From NCBI RefSeq assembly GCF_006345805.1, contig NC_043017.1:2232001-2296000 (forward strand): a stretch of 64,000 bases of DNA, given 5' to 3'. Shown here piece by piece: positions 14,056-28,761 of this stretch. The DNA comes from Octopus sinensis. Taxonomy: Eukaryota. The first letter of the stretch is position 1; the number at the start of each line of letters is the position of its first letter. The notes below the pieces were generated by a model. The model was not told where the DNA came from. It searched no databases and was given only the letters and a program-made list of their open reading frames with translations. The position numbers were made by a program, and so were the translations under genes.

Positions 14056-14625
14056 TTAGGTTGTCCGGAAAGTTCATGCCGATTTATAGTAGCTTACATT
14101 TCGACTTATTTTAGAACATAGTTGAGTCCATAAAATAGGATTTGACTACACCTCCATTTAGAGCACAGTTCAAACTATCTTTTCGTGGAAGAAGGTTTAT
14201 GTTCCTATAACCTGTGTTAATTCTGTAACCCTTTAAAATGGAAGATAAGAAAGTTCATTTTTGGCACTTGATGCTTTCAGAACCAGACAAAAATTGCTGC
14301 AGCTCGGCTGGGATGTGTTACCCCACCCTCCATATTCACCACATATTAGCTCCTTCGGATTTCCCCCTCTTCAGGTCTCTGCAGAATAGTCTTAATGGTA
14401 AAAATGTCAATTCCTCAGATGACGTAAAAAGATACTTTGATGAATTCTTTTCCATGAAACCACCTCAATTCTGGGAAGAGAGTATTTTCAAGTTAAAGGA
14501 AAGATGGAGACGCATTGTGCAACAAAATGGTTCATATTTGGTTGATTCAAAATGTAATGGCAAGTATTATTTATTGACCTTTTTCTTTCCTTTAAAAATC
14601 GGCACGAACTTTCCGGACAACCCAA
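14056..14625 (+). mobile_element. Internally deleted mariner element (non-autonomous) with both TIRs
   Basis: Left TIR ttaggttgtccggaaagttcatgccgattt and right TIR aaatcggcacgaactttccggacaacccaa, preceded by TA; N-terminal MEDKKVHFWHLML is fused to the C-terminal LGWDVLPHPPYSP...APSDF.LFRSLQNSL...KERWRRIVQQNGSY. Confidence 0.92.
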
Positions 14626-15788
14626 CAGTAAGTTTTCTTCTACGTCTTACAGCCTTTCACCATAATTTTGTACACTCTCGAGTTTCTGCTCACCTCTCTC
14701 TTCCACCCATTGCCACTTGGCATCATTTACACTTTTACCGTATCATTGTAAATCGTTTTTTACTCCATTTTACTCCTTTGTGAACCTTACTCTCCCTCTC
14801 TCTTTATCCCTCCCTTGCTCTCTCTCTTCTTTTCTCTTTCTATTGCTTCATCAATACTTACTAATGCTAGCTCTATTTCCCCACCAATTAATTAATGTTA
14901 CGGATATATTATATTCCTAAATATTTCAATAGCCCCCAGTATCTCTAAATACCAGTTTCTACACTCTCTTAAATCGTACAAACCCTTTCCTGCCTCTTTA
15001 TACTCACCAACACCTTAAACCTTTTCTATACCCCTCAAACACCATTTATATACCTTTCTACCTCATACAACCTGTTTCAATTCCTTTCTTCTCCCAACCA
15101 TCTTATACTAACTCTCACCAATTTTCTTCTTCACCTCTTATCAATTCCTTCTACCATTTTCTCGACCTTATCACCCTCCAACAAATTTACTACCTATTAC
15201 CACCACTTATTATTCCTTACTGATTTTCCTACCTCTTCATACACTCCTCCCTCTTACTCCACCTTTCTATCTCTCATTATCAATTCACAACTTCTCTAAA
15301 TCTCCTCTCTATCTTTACTATCTCTCTCCAACCGACTACACATTTCCTAACTCTTACCTCCACTCTCCTTCCTTTTTACTACAGTCTTACTATCATCGTC
15401 TTCTTTATACATTCGATTCAATTATCAAAAGGAAACTCTTAAAAATCAATAACTAATTTCGACTGATACTAACGTTTAAAACACTAAATCACGCATCTTT
15501 TATAACATCATTTAATCATCACATACATCACATCTTCTTCCTCTTCTTATCCTCATTCATTTCTTTCTTTTCCTCCTTTCGCTATATTTACTTTCGTTTC
15601 TTTTCCTCCTCCATAGCCTCAATCCTCTCCATTCTAAGTTTTCTATTAATTCAATTCCGTATCTTCTGTTGATTGATTCTCAACCTCTTAATAATTCGAA
15701 TTTTTCCTTATAACAGTCTTACCCTTTCACTCACCTTGAAAACAAGTTTCTGTCTGCCTGTCTCGCTCTCTCTGTCTAGCTGCCTGAA

Positions 15789-15789
<1 letters not shown>

Positions 15790-15835
<46 letters not shown>

Positions 15836-15836
15836 A

Positions 15837-15878
<42 letters not shown>

Positions 15879-15893
15879 ATGTCTGTCTGTATG

Positions 15894-15955
<62 letters not shown>

Positions 15956-15957
15956 CC

Positions 15958-16003
<46 letters not shown>

Positions 16004-16012
16004 CATCTATCC

Positions 16013-16082
<70 letters not shown>

Positions 16083-16085
16083 ATA
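15790..16085. repeat. (TATC)n microsatellite
   Basis: Direct repeat. Confidence 0.95.
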
Positions 16086-16233
16086 TCTGTCTGTCTGTCT
16101 AGCTATCTGTATATGTGTATAAGTATCAGCTGAATTACACATACATATTAACATGTATGTATTTATGTATATATGTATGTATGCATATATTCATTCACAC
16201 AGACACACAGACACATACATACCGATATATGTA

Positions 16234-16280
<47 letters not shown>

Positions 16281-17087
16281 TATCGTGTGTGTGTGTGTGT
16301 GTGTGTATAATAGGTATATTATAAATGCATATACATATATGCATATATATATGTATATGTATATATCTCATATATTTATGTAACTAATTGAATACATATA
16401 TATGGTACATATATATAGATGTGCATATATATATATGTGTGTGTGTGTGTAAATGTATGTATATATATATACATGCGTATAGTGTAAATAAATATAGATA
16501 GAACATATATATATGTAGCTAATTAAATACATGTATATGCTATATATATATATATATATATACATATATATACATATATGTAATATATATATATATATAC
16601 ACGTATCTAATTGATTACGTACGTATATATCAGACTACTTGCCTATCTAACAACATACATACATACATACATACATACATACATAACCACATACATATAT
16701 GCATAAGAATTTAAATTCTTCGCCTTCTATGCATATAAAATATATGTGTATACCTAAAGATACGAAAACACATACAGATACACGGTTACACGAGATTCCA
16801 CAATTACCAGCGCGCATTTATTTACACCGTCAGCCAGTTTATCTATACATCTGCGTATGTATATACGTATGTATGCATGCATGCATCTACCTATCCCTCT
16901 GTCTAAGCTCTCTTTATCTATTTGTGTATGTAGCTATATCTTAGTCTGTCTCTGTATATATCAATCTATCTTTCTTTCTATCTATCTATATATCTCTATA
17001 TCTATCTATCTATTTATCTATATATCTATCTCTATCTTTCTTTCTTTCTATCTATCTATCTATCTCTATCTTTCTATCTATCTATCC

Positions 17088-17138
<51 letters not shown>

Positions 17139-17842
17139 ATTTATCTATCTTTCTACCTACCTACCTATCTAACTAACTAACTATACATGCATCTGTATCC
17201 TATCTATCTGCCAATCTATTTATTTCTCTGTTTATGACGATTCAGCAGCTGCTAGCAAGTACTCAATATGGTTGCGTGAGCGGAAATTAGCTTAATCGTA
17301 TTGTGAACAGTTTGTAAGTTTTACCAATAATTAACACCGCTCTTTCTAATTCTTTTCTTTAACAAATCGGCAATTAAAGTCTACAATCAATCAAGTATAT
17401 TCTTTTAGCTCTTCACTTACACTGCAGCACTTAACACAATACTGCAGGCAATCACGGTATGCATGTGTTACAATGCACTCCTTCCCCTGGAAAAAATGTT
17501 AACAGAATTATAGATTATATATGCATATATAAAGGGAGACAGACAGACAGACAGACAGATAGAGAAAAGGAGAAAAGGGGAAAAAAGAAGAGAGAGACAG
17601 GCAGATAGATTGTTAGATATGAATATATGTATGATGTATGAATATAAGTCTATATATGTCCGCGTTAGCGTGCTTGACATACACACACACACTTATACAT
17701 CCATATATATAAATATATATATATAGAGATAGATAGATAGATAGATACATACATACATACATACATACATACATACATACATACATACATACATAATACA
17801 TACATACATAGTTAGATAGATAGATAAATAGATAGATTTATC

Positions 17843-17924
<82 letters not shown>

Positions 17925-19480
17925 TGGTAAACTTATAAGATATTTACAACGTGAACTATGAAGAATAAAATATGAGAAACATATGGTATATAATTATTTT
18001 GTGCTGGGGTTCCTTGAGACATGTAATCACTTTAAGGGTTACACAAGGGTAAAACTGTTGAGAAACATTGCTTTAGAGGATAATATAACCAAATATCCAT
18101 AGAAATATCATCTTAATTGACAACCTCTACCTTCTCAGTACAAACAGGTGACATATCATAACACCAACAACTAAGCAGTGTGCTTTCCAAATAAGACGTA
18201 CTCCCTACTTACAGTATTTGTGAAGCCTTAAAGCCTCTTTTACCTAACAATTCATACTCTAAATAAGTACGCCTGATGACTAATCATTAAATGCTGTATT
18301 GAACTCTTAGCTCCAAACTCAGCACCCACAAAACGAGGAATTAAATATCCCATTAGTAACCAAACAAAACCAGTAGCAACTAAACATGGTGATGCGTCTG
18401 CTGGTTTTATTCTCCTTATACTTATCGATGTTATCAACCGCTTGACCTAAGGATGGCGCACATAAATAGACATGCTTGATTATAACAAAGCGGAAAGTTT
18501 CTGAACACAAATTTTCTACATCTCCCAATCAATTTCGTTGTCTTTAAATAGAGTTCTACTTACTCTCCGAAATTCTAGCTTTATAGAGATTCTATAAAGA
18601 AAACATACAGTCAATCGTACCACAACGCGATAATGGCTTGGCTGTTCGAAACATTAAACTCAGCATTTATGATATTCTTGTTAAACATTAGTAAATTTGT
18701 TCTCTACTAAATGTAGAGCATTATGTACGATTGTTTCTGTTATAACATAGAAACAAACATCAATTTAGGTATATGTGTTTATGTGGCGCGCCTTAGTCCA
18801 GTTGGAAATGGTGGAAGTTGATTCATCGAAATTGAAACAGAAATAATAAGTTTTCTATACACATGAACGTAATGAGTAGTTATATACACAGAATTATATA
18901 TGGTGCAACTTCCTGAGTATATATTCTGTCTTTTAATATTTTTTCAATATAGAACAATTATTGTATGTCATACGACTTATATATATTTGTTTGTGTGTAT
19001 GTGTGTGTATCTTAAAAGACCTCAATCATCACAACGCACACCTTCACTCACTCACTCTATCTCTCTTTCTTACCTTCTTTCTCTCTCACATACATACGCG
19101 CAAGCACGCACACGCACACGCACACACACACACACACACACATACACACGTCCATTTCATAAATCTTCTTTCAATTTCTGCTCTCTGCAAATAAACTTTT
19201 TACGGGTAGAGCTGCTTACAAAAACAGGGATTAATGTATAATTTCTTTCTATGTCCATAATTAAATCAATGTTTTAATGAATACACAAAGGTCCAATAGA
19301 ATAGCTATCAGAAACAGACTACGTACAAATTCGTTCTTCACAACTCCTGAAGCTGTTTTCTTACACGGTGGGGGAGTCAGGAAATTTTCATACAGCCGGA
19401 GGCTCCAATCGAAAGGTTGAGAAACGCTGTTATAGATTATGCCCAACCGAAAACGATCACAGCCACATCATCCAAACAGA

Positions 19481-19506
19481 CCGGGTGAAACTGGGCTTAG
19501 CTGCTA

Positions 19507-19508
<2 letters not shown>
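19481..19508 (+). mobile_element. Possible Helitron 3' terminus
   Basis: Short GC hairpin ccgg-gtgaaa-ctgg followed 9 nt later by CTAG|T, then (TA)n. Confidence 0.4.
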
Positions 19509-19543
<35 letters not shown>

Positions 19544-19799
19544 GAAAAAGAGAGAGAGAGAAAGATAGAGATAGATAGATATGTAGGTGGAATATGTATG
19601 TCGTCTTATGCATACATGCGCACGCGTGGGCTTATATGTCCATGTTTATCGTCATACAGCGATTCTCCAAATGGAACACAATGATTTTTATTAGGATAAC
19701 GACTGTTTAATACCTTTATATTCTTTACAATGGCATTATATATTGAGCTTCGATAAGTAGGTCGGTAGAAAAAAATATTCCGAAAATATATTGAGAGCT

Positions 19800-19857
19800 A
19801 TACAATAATGGTAACAGCAACAATAATATTAATAACAGCAACAACAACAGTGATAAC

Positions 19858-19921
<64 letters not shown>

Positions 19922-19981
19922 AAACCAGCAACAGCAACTACAAATAATATTCATAATAACAATAATAATGATAACTAATAA

Positions 19982-20012
<31 letters not shown>

Positions 20013-20055
20013 AATAATAATAATAATAATGATGATGATGATGATGATGATGATG

Positions 20056-20141
<86 letters not shown>

Positions 20142-20452
20142 GACGATGATGAGTGATGATGATGATGATGATGATGATGTAGGTTTAACTGTGCATTTGA
20201 AGATTACGTGGGTTTTAGTGGCATAAAGAATGAGACTTTGGTCATTGCATATAGATGGATAAATAACAGAAAAATATTATAAAATGATAGAGAAACCTCA
20301 GAAATTCACGAAATATACAAAAAAAATAATAATAAAAAAATAAATCTCGTTCGTTATTTAAGATAGTTTGCAAAACTCTTCTTTTCATAATATCTGTAAT
20401 TGTTATAGCTTGTGTTAATGTTTTCAGTCGTAGAGAATAAATAATAATGATG

Positions 20453-20514
<62 letters not shown>

Positions 20515-20588
20515 AAAAATAGTAATAATAATAATAATAATAATAACAATAACAATAATAATAATAATAATAATGATAATAATAATAA

Positions 20589-20662
<74 letters not shown>

Positions 20663-20665
20663 GAC
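19800..20665. repeat. Compound (AGT)n/(GAT)n/(AAT)n microsatellite field
   Basis: Direct repeats; source of the poly-L/D/N/I/Y ORFs. Confidence 0.9.
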
Positions 20666-20771
20666 AAATAAATAACCGTAATCAAACGGAAATAATAGCA
20701 AACGCTGCAAAACAGCCGTAAGGTAAGAATTAGCAATGATAATAGATATAAAATTAAATATAATATAACGC

Positions 20772-20808
<37 letters not shown>

Positions 20809-21511
20809 AACATACAAACACATGTATGGTAGAATGCAGGAAGGCACACTATTTCCATGCTGTCTAATCTAGAACAACTAGCCTGTAATGTAATATATTT
20901 GTCTTTATTCTTCTCGCCCATGGCGTAAAACCTCTGTCGCAAGAATAAACACTTCTTATCATTGTACATAGTTATGCTTGTATAGCTAAGCATTAAATGT
21001 TATCTTCCGCAGCGGTAGTAGGTTTGTTGTCTTTTCGCTTTGGTGTTGTTGTTATCTGTTCTGTTCGGTTGTATTCTCGCAACATAAAAAAAAAATCTAC
21101 TCCAAATGTCTATTGAAATATACTAATACAAGACACACACGCACACACACACACATATACACACACATACACATACACACGCACACATACGCAGACATAA
21201 ACACACACTTATACACTTAGACGCAGATGTATGTATACATATAAGTATATATACATTCGAATATGATATACACATATACATATGTGTCTCTGTGAATATA
21301 TTTATATCCATTATATATATATATATATATATATATAAATATGCGTATATATATATATATACATTTACATATATATTTGTATATATATATATATATGTGT
21401 ATATATATATACATACATATATATGTATATATATCCATATATATATATAAGTATATATAGGTATATATATATATACATATATATATATATGTATATATAT
21501 ATTGTATATAT

Positions 21512-21545
<34 letters not shown>

Positions 21546-21939
21546 AATATGTACATATGCATATATTTATATATATATATATTATATATATATATATATA
21601 TTATATATATATATACACACACACACATACATACACGCCTGCGCATACGCACACATACATATGCCTCTAGAAATGCGTCACTATCTCCAGTATGTGTTTT
21701 AGAGAATTGAAATATAGAAAACCTGCATGGATGCATTATATTTCCCATACTACGGTTTCTGTTCTCTTTCCGATCTTTACGATCTCAGCTTGGCCAACGG
21801 ATTCACTTTTTCCTTAAGAAACACTTACAAAGGCATTATATCTACGAAGAGTTTCTGGCTGAAAGTTGCTCACTACGTGTGAATATTCGTTCAATGTGAA
21901 GCCGTACCACGTAATTCATATTCTTGCCTTTTATATTCT

Positions 21940-22175
21940 ATCTTTTACTTGTTTCACTCATTGGTTTGCGGCCATGTGGCAGCACCGCCTGAAAGAAATT
22001 TTAGTCGGAATTATCGACCACAATACTTTAAAAAAATTTTTATATATTTTTTAACCCTATTCATATTCTATCGGACCCTTTTGCGGAACTGCTAAGTAAC
22101 GGAGGCGTTAATATATCGGTACCGGTTGTCAAGCAGTGGCGAGAATGGGGACAAACACACACACACACGTACACA
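21940..22175 (-). mobile_element. SINE family A, 3' half
   Basis: gcggccatg..gcaccgcct...ggttgtcaagc...ggggacaaacac matches the family A body. Confidence 0.75.
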
Positions 22176-22255
22176 TATATTAGTGACCCCCTGGCCCCTA
22201 AAGCTTTTTTTATTCTCTTTCTTTTTATTCTCTCTCTGCATATTTCTTCGTGTTC

Positions 22256-22291
22256 TTTTCTGTTGAAGAGCGTAGGCTCGAAACGTAAAAT
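22256..22291 (+). ncRNA. Hammerhead-like motif with A6U core variant (Penelope-like family)
   Basis: UUUU-CUGUUGA-A-GAGC(GUAG)GCUC-GAA-ACGU-A^AAAU; same family as 61230-61265. Confidence 0.65.
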
Positions 22292-23661
22292 ACTTTCTCA
22301 CCTCCTCAAGCGTTAAAATTATACACCTGTTTAATTTAAACCATTTAGTTACATTTCGTTTTATTCGAGCAACCAACTAAATGTTCTGTCAAAAGCTTTC
22401 TTCGTCTCATTATTGATAACAATTCTGTCCAATAAATCTTTAGGTCATACAATTATCATTTGAGTACAGCAAATTGTGTTGCTGTACTCAAGTAATGAAA
22501 CTATGCATGAAGTAATTACAATAAAAACAATTTTATCATCAATTCAGTCTCGCATCATATTTTAGAAGAAAATCCTTTGTTTAATTATTTCTTAACTGAA
22601 ACAGCAACGACATACTTTACTGGACAAGCGAAACAAATATAAACGTTTGGGATTCTTAGCCGCCGTGAGAGTAAAGCTTTGACATTACTTGCAGCTTTGA
22701 ATCCTGTACTAATTAACTTCCTATACACAACCTATCAAATAAAATTGAGTGTTGCTAGAGAATTAAAGCAGTTGAGAATTTTATTACAAGACAATGTTGA
22801 CCTAAAATATAATTCATCTCTCGTTTTTTCTCAGACAAATTATCCTATTAATTCTCTTGTAATTTCGACTCCTAACCATCTATTCTAAGAATATTAGGGT
22901 TAAGTTTCCTGATTTTGAGTACATTGAAAGCAAATCAACTTGTTTTGTTTAAAATATTTAAAATTGGAATTATAGATTTAGGACTGAAAACTCATGAGAA
23001 TTATGACAATTTCAGACGAAAACTAAGAAACAAAATAAAAGATTGTTATATAATATCAAACGTTAAGAGGAGTAGGTCACGCGTGAAAAGGTAATGCTTT
23101 TCGGAGAGGAAGAATTTACATCCTACGAAGAGAATCCATTTCACGCAAGGAGGAAATCTTAATGCTCTTGATAAAAAGTAGTTCGCATACCTTTGAAAGG
23201 TTAGCAATAATCTCGGAAGACAACTAAATGAAATCGACCAGCACTTTACAAACAGAGGTTGGTACGGAAATTGGACCAGATTTCAAACTGCATAACAAGG
23301 AGAAACTATTAGCACAAATTTCCGAGTGGATCTAAGAGTTGTCATACATTAACGATCCACGTAGCTTTGAGTCTTGATTTCCTCTCCCTATCAAATGAAC
23401 TCCTCACGGGAAATACTAAAATACCTAGCTAAGTACATTACAGGCGTATGTAGAATGAGTGTTTCACCAAGGACGTGGGATACACTGATTGTTGCAACGA
23501 GTGGCCTCACACTTAACAAAGGCGAGGTTGTCTTTCAGTTACTTTTACGATGTTCTTTTATAAATTCTATATAATTCGTTTTGTTATAAATTTTTAACGA
23601 GTCCTCACTTAAAAAGTTTATAATTTTTCACTCACCCATCCATATGTATATAACTTGTGCA

Positions 23662-23927
<266 letters not shown>

Positions 23928-23939
23928 TGTGTGTTTGTG

Positions 23940-24045
23940 AAGCTTTAGGTGTTTTCGCTCAATAAACACTCACAACGCATGTCTGGGAATTGAAACCGCG
24001 ATCCTACGAGTCTGTTGCACTAACCACCGGGTCATTGCGCTTATA
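23940..24045 (-). mobile_element. SINE family D head fragment
   Basis: Reverse strand ...ggtggttag...ggtttcaattcc...gagtgtttattgagcgaaaacacctaaagc, as in 29078-29404. Confidence 0.7.
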
Positions 24046-24058
24046 TACATACACACAC

Positions 24059-24105
<47 letters not shown>

Positions 24106-24144
24106 TATATATATATATATATATCTATATATATATAATATTAT

Positions 24145-24178
<34 letters not shown>

Positions 24179-24239
24179 GTATATATACATATACATATAC
24201 ACACACACACATATATATATAATATATATATATATATAG

Positions 24240-24272
<33 letters not shown>

Positions 24273-24625
24273 ATATATATATATGTTACTACTTACATTT
24301 CGCTCAGAGATTTAAAACTGAATGCTTTCATCTTTATGAGATCAGTGTTTGTGTGTCACTTCAAAAGTACCTCAAACAAGGCCTAATGCTCTCATCTGCA
24401 ACCAACGGTTATCCTGTACCGATGAAGCGAAATAACCCACAAACTATGGTCCGTAGGTACCATTTATAGCTAAGTGGGGACATTACCTTCCTTGTTCGAA
24501 GTATGCGGACGTAGTTGTGCGTCGGTAGCCAGCTGAAAAAGATATTTTTCCTGCCCCTAAAACAGGTAGTAAAATCGCCCTAATAAGGACCACCAATTTA
24601 CGTTGAGAAATATATTTACTTTTGT

Positions 24626-24672
<47 letters not shown>

Positions 24673-25520
24673 CACTCTCTCCTTGTATATATATAATATT
24701 ATAATGTTTCTAGTATATTTACATGTTTATCTGTAGAGGTATATTTATTACATCTGCCTTAAGACATCGAACAATCTCGTACTACCAACATCTGCATATC
24801 AATAAATTACAGAAATAATATATATTGTACACTTTAATAGTAAGCCACGTCTAGTCGAGGTTTATTTCATAATGTTAATTCACTTATATTACTCTTCGTA
24901 ATATTCAATTCACTCATACGTCTTTTAAACTTATTTTTTATTGTTCCACTTTATTAGCTGCTTTTGGTTTTGGTTATAAATGTAAATAACATGGTACTAT
25001 TATGAATTACATCGCTATTGCTAAAGCACCAAGCTTCCTTCGCCGAAGAATTTTAAGTTACACATAATACTATGAGATATTAATGTCGAGAAAATCTTTT
25101 GGTAATAATTGTAATATCTCTATTTTGTGTCTTACGTTTTCGCTAGATTCTTTACATATATAGCTTTCATTATTTATCTCACAAGCAAATTAGCTGGTTA
25201 GAAAATCTCTATAAATGATGAATGCAGTAACTATACTAAGAAGTAATGTATACTGTCACTTAAGCATGGCTGCTCTGTAGCAACCTACGTTACTACTATT
25301 TTTAACCCCAGGAGGACATTTCCTCCAGCTGGTTATTCGATACATTCTCCATCCGATGTATGTTGCAAGCAAAGGCGTGAACACCTACCATCTTGACGCG
25401 ACGAGACCACCAGACCTACGGTTTTCACTTGTTTGTTGTCATCCCCTATGCTGGAAACTTGTCCGCTAGACGGAGCAGTGGTTCATTCCGGCTTGCCATA
25501 TATAGAAATCAAGTGATACA

Positions 25521-25779
25521 TTCTTTTACTCTTTTATTTGTTTCAGTCATTTGACTGCGGCCATGCTGAAGCACCGCCATTAATTGAGCAAATTGACAAC
25601 AGGACTTATTCTTTGTAAGCCTAGTACTTATTCTATTGGTCTCTTTTGAGGAACCGCTAAGTTACGGGGACGTAAACACACCAGCATCGGTTGTCAAGCG
25701 ATGTTGGGGGACAAACACAGACACACAAACATACACATGCACACACACACACACAAAATATTATATATATATATATATC

Positions 25780-25839
<60 letters not shown>

Positions 25840-26073
25840 CATATATACAACGGGCTTCTTTCAGTTTCCGTCTACTAAATCCACTCACAAGGCTTTGGTC
25901 AGCCCAAGGCTATAGTAGAAGACACTTGCCCAAGGTGCCACGCAGTAGGACTGGAGCAACGTGAAATGAATTGTTTTGCTCAAGAACCCATCGCGTCGCC
26001 AGGTCCATGTATCGAAACCACAATCTTACAATCATGGTGCTGACACCCTAACCACTAAGCCACGCGCCTCCAC
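25521..26073 (-). mobile_element. Chimeric SINE: family C head (25950-26073) fused to family A body
   Basis: Head gtggaggcgcgtggcttagtggttag...gttcttgagcaaaac...cacgttgctccagtcc joins directly onto family A cagtcc.actgcgtggcaccttgggc. Confidence 0.75.
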
Positions 26074-27141
26074 ATTCTAAATAATATTATGAGAATATTG
26101 GTTGATATAAACTTTGGAATTCATGGTTTTTCGTTTTACTTTCATCGGGAATATCGGTCCTGTTTTGCCTTCTCCGTTATTTGTAGACTTTCAAAGAGTC
26201 CCTACAGCTAAATAACTGATTCTCTAAATTACGATATTTAACTAACATTAATTTCTGAATTTATATCTTTATTTTGACACAATATTGTCTAAACTACTTT
26301 CAGTAATCCAATATGCAATTTTAATTGTTTATATTCCTATTTACTTGTCAAAATGCTGACCACGTTCAACATTTAATTTATCCTGTCTATCCTAGTCTGT
26401 GTCTACTTAAATATTTATAAGTTATGATTGCTCGAAGTTACCTATGGCTATCTCTCTTTCACTATTATTTCTTTTCTCATTCTTTCCCCTTTTTCCTTCC
26501 CTCTCCTCCAAAATTTGCCAAAGACTTTCGCTAATCTGCAGTTTTTCTCAAATTGTTTTCCCTAAATTATATTTACCAGGATCTCCATTAATTAAAGCTA
26601 ATATTCTATCAGACGTACAGTAATTAATCGAAGCACTTTAATCAAGATGAATTAGGTAAATGAATGAGTGACGCTGGCATTTTTTCACCAAGTCACTCCT
26701 TAATTTACTAAACAATATAACACAGTAGATGCTTTGTTCTTTTCGGGGTTTTTTTTTGTTCTTAGAACAACGTCGGCAACTGTCTTAGAAAATATTTGGA
26801 GAGAGTCAAATATCATGCTTGGTGCCTGCTGTCTTCTGTATAGAAGCTTATTTTGCATGTATCAGCTTTTGTGAGCGAGGTTGCTAAGTTCAATGGCAAC
26901 TTTAGAACAAAAATGCCTTAAACAGTTCTTTAATTCACAACCTCATTTTGCGCTCCTCCCGCATGATCAACAGACTGCAGTCGCACCCACTTTACATTTG
27001 CTGATTCTGTCTAGAAATTTCACTTGTTGATGATCTGTTGTTTAATTAACATATCACTGCTCACCCGTGTATTTGTAAGCCTGATGATCTGAGGGGTTGC
27101 ATAATATATTACGCAATCTTAAGGATATTGCGCATACGAAA

Positions 27142-27378
27142 TACCTATTTCTTTATTACCCACAAGGGGCTAAACATAGAGGGGACAAACATGGACATAC
27201 ATAGGTATTAAGTCGATTACATCGACCCCAGTGGGTAACTGGTACTTAATTTATCGACCCCGAAAGGATGAAAGGCAAAGTCGACCTCGGCGGAATTTGA
27301 ACTCACAACGTAACGGCAGACGAAATAATGCTAAGCATTTCGCCCGGCGCGCAAACGTTTCTGCCAGCTCGCCGCCTT
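27142..27378 (-). mobile_element. SINE family B, full length, tail 1
   Basis: Complete head, central domain and tail ending gggtaataaagaaata. Confidence 0.92.
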
Positions 27379-27492
27379 GCGCATACGTAATACCAGACTA
27401 TATCTGGTTTACCTCACAATAAAATCTCTGAATGAAACGATTGTGCTCGTACCAGATCACCCACTTGTCTCTTTTTAATATGGTCTTAAGCT

Positions 27493-27722
27493 AAGGCGGC
27501 GAGATGTCAGAATCGTTGGCACGCAAGGCGAAATACTTAGCGTTATTTCGTCTGCCGTTACGTTCTGAGTTCAAATTCCGTCGAGATCGACTTTGCTTTT
27601 CATCCTTTCAGGGTCGATTAAATAAGTACCAGTTACGCACTGGAATCGATGTAATCGACTTAATCCCTTTGTCCTCGTTTGACCCCTCTATGTTTAACCC
27701 CCTGTGGGCAATAAAGAAATGA
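27493..27722 (+). mobile_element. SINE family B, full length, tail 1 (inverted partner of the previous copy)
   Basis: aaggcggcgagatgtcagaatcg...gttcaaattcc...ggcaataaagaaat. Confidence 0.9.
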
Positions 27723-27967
27723 ATATGTTCTTCATTCATCCCTGGATACTTTTGCTTCTTGGGTACTATTGGAGTTGTGGGTCACCTAAAAAGTGTCAAC
27801 TCCTCTTCATCGATACATTCTGTGCTATAATTATGGATTACTTAACTGTTTCTTTTGCGTCATTCTGTCTTACCATCGGTTGTGGTATCCTTCACTTTCA
27901 TAGACCTCCATCCGCTACAGATCATCTGCAAACAAATCCACTTGAAAATAGATAGATAGATAGATAG

Positions 27968-28072
<105 letters not shown>

Positions 28073-28204
28073 GGATAGATAGATAGATGCATACATATAT
28101 ACATACATACGTATATAATACATACTCACATACAACATACGTACCACGACATTGACATGATGTGTAGCATCTCGAGGCTTTCTCTGGTGCATTATAAATC
28201 ACTT

Positions 28205-28420
28205 AGAGGGCTGCACCTTAACACTTGAGCTACAAGACATATCTGTTAACTACTTCATCAATAAGAAAGATAAGGATGCCGCCAAACACTCGCATAATGA
28301 TGCAAAATGAATCCCGATTTGGCCAGAGGGGAATATATCAACCACATTTTGAGCAACTGTCCAAAAATAACTCCAAACGATTCTGCTACTTCGCTGCCCC
28401 TATCAAGGGATAAATAATGA
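28205..28420 (+). mobile_element. Decayed R4/Dong-like zinc-knuckle region
   Basis: EGCTLTLELQDISVNYFINKKDKD...NINHILSNCPK...LPLSRD resembles the EG..FAIQEQEI.TKYL..KR...HI.S.CP....LP.RHD segment of RLE-type LINEs. Confidence 0.5.
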
Positions 28421-28730
28421 CGCAATATTACACCACGTCATATGATTCATCAACCTCGGTGTCAATGTATTATATGTTTTAGAAGCAAACATACTGATAC
28501 ATTCAAAAACCAGTATCCAGTTTTGTAGACACAGCCTTCTCTCTCACATATACATGTAAAGGAAGGGTCATAGACAAACATACACACACACACACAGAGG
28601 CACACGCACACTCACACGGGTATATACAAATGCCATCTCAGATCCGAACTGACGTATCTAATGAGCGTAAGCCTCTAGAGACTTGTGTAAAACTGTTATT
28701 TAATCAGATTTATTCCTATGATCAACACAA

Positions 28731-28761
<31 letters not shown>

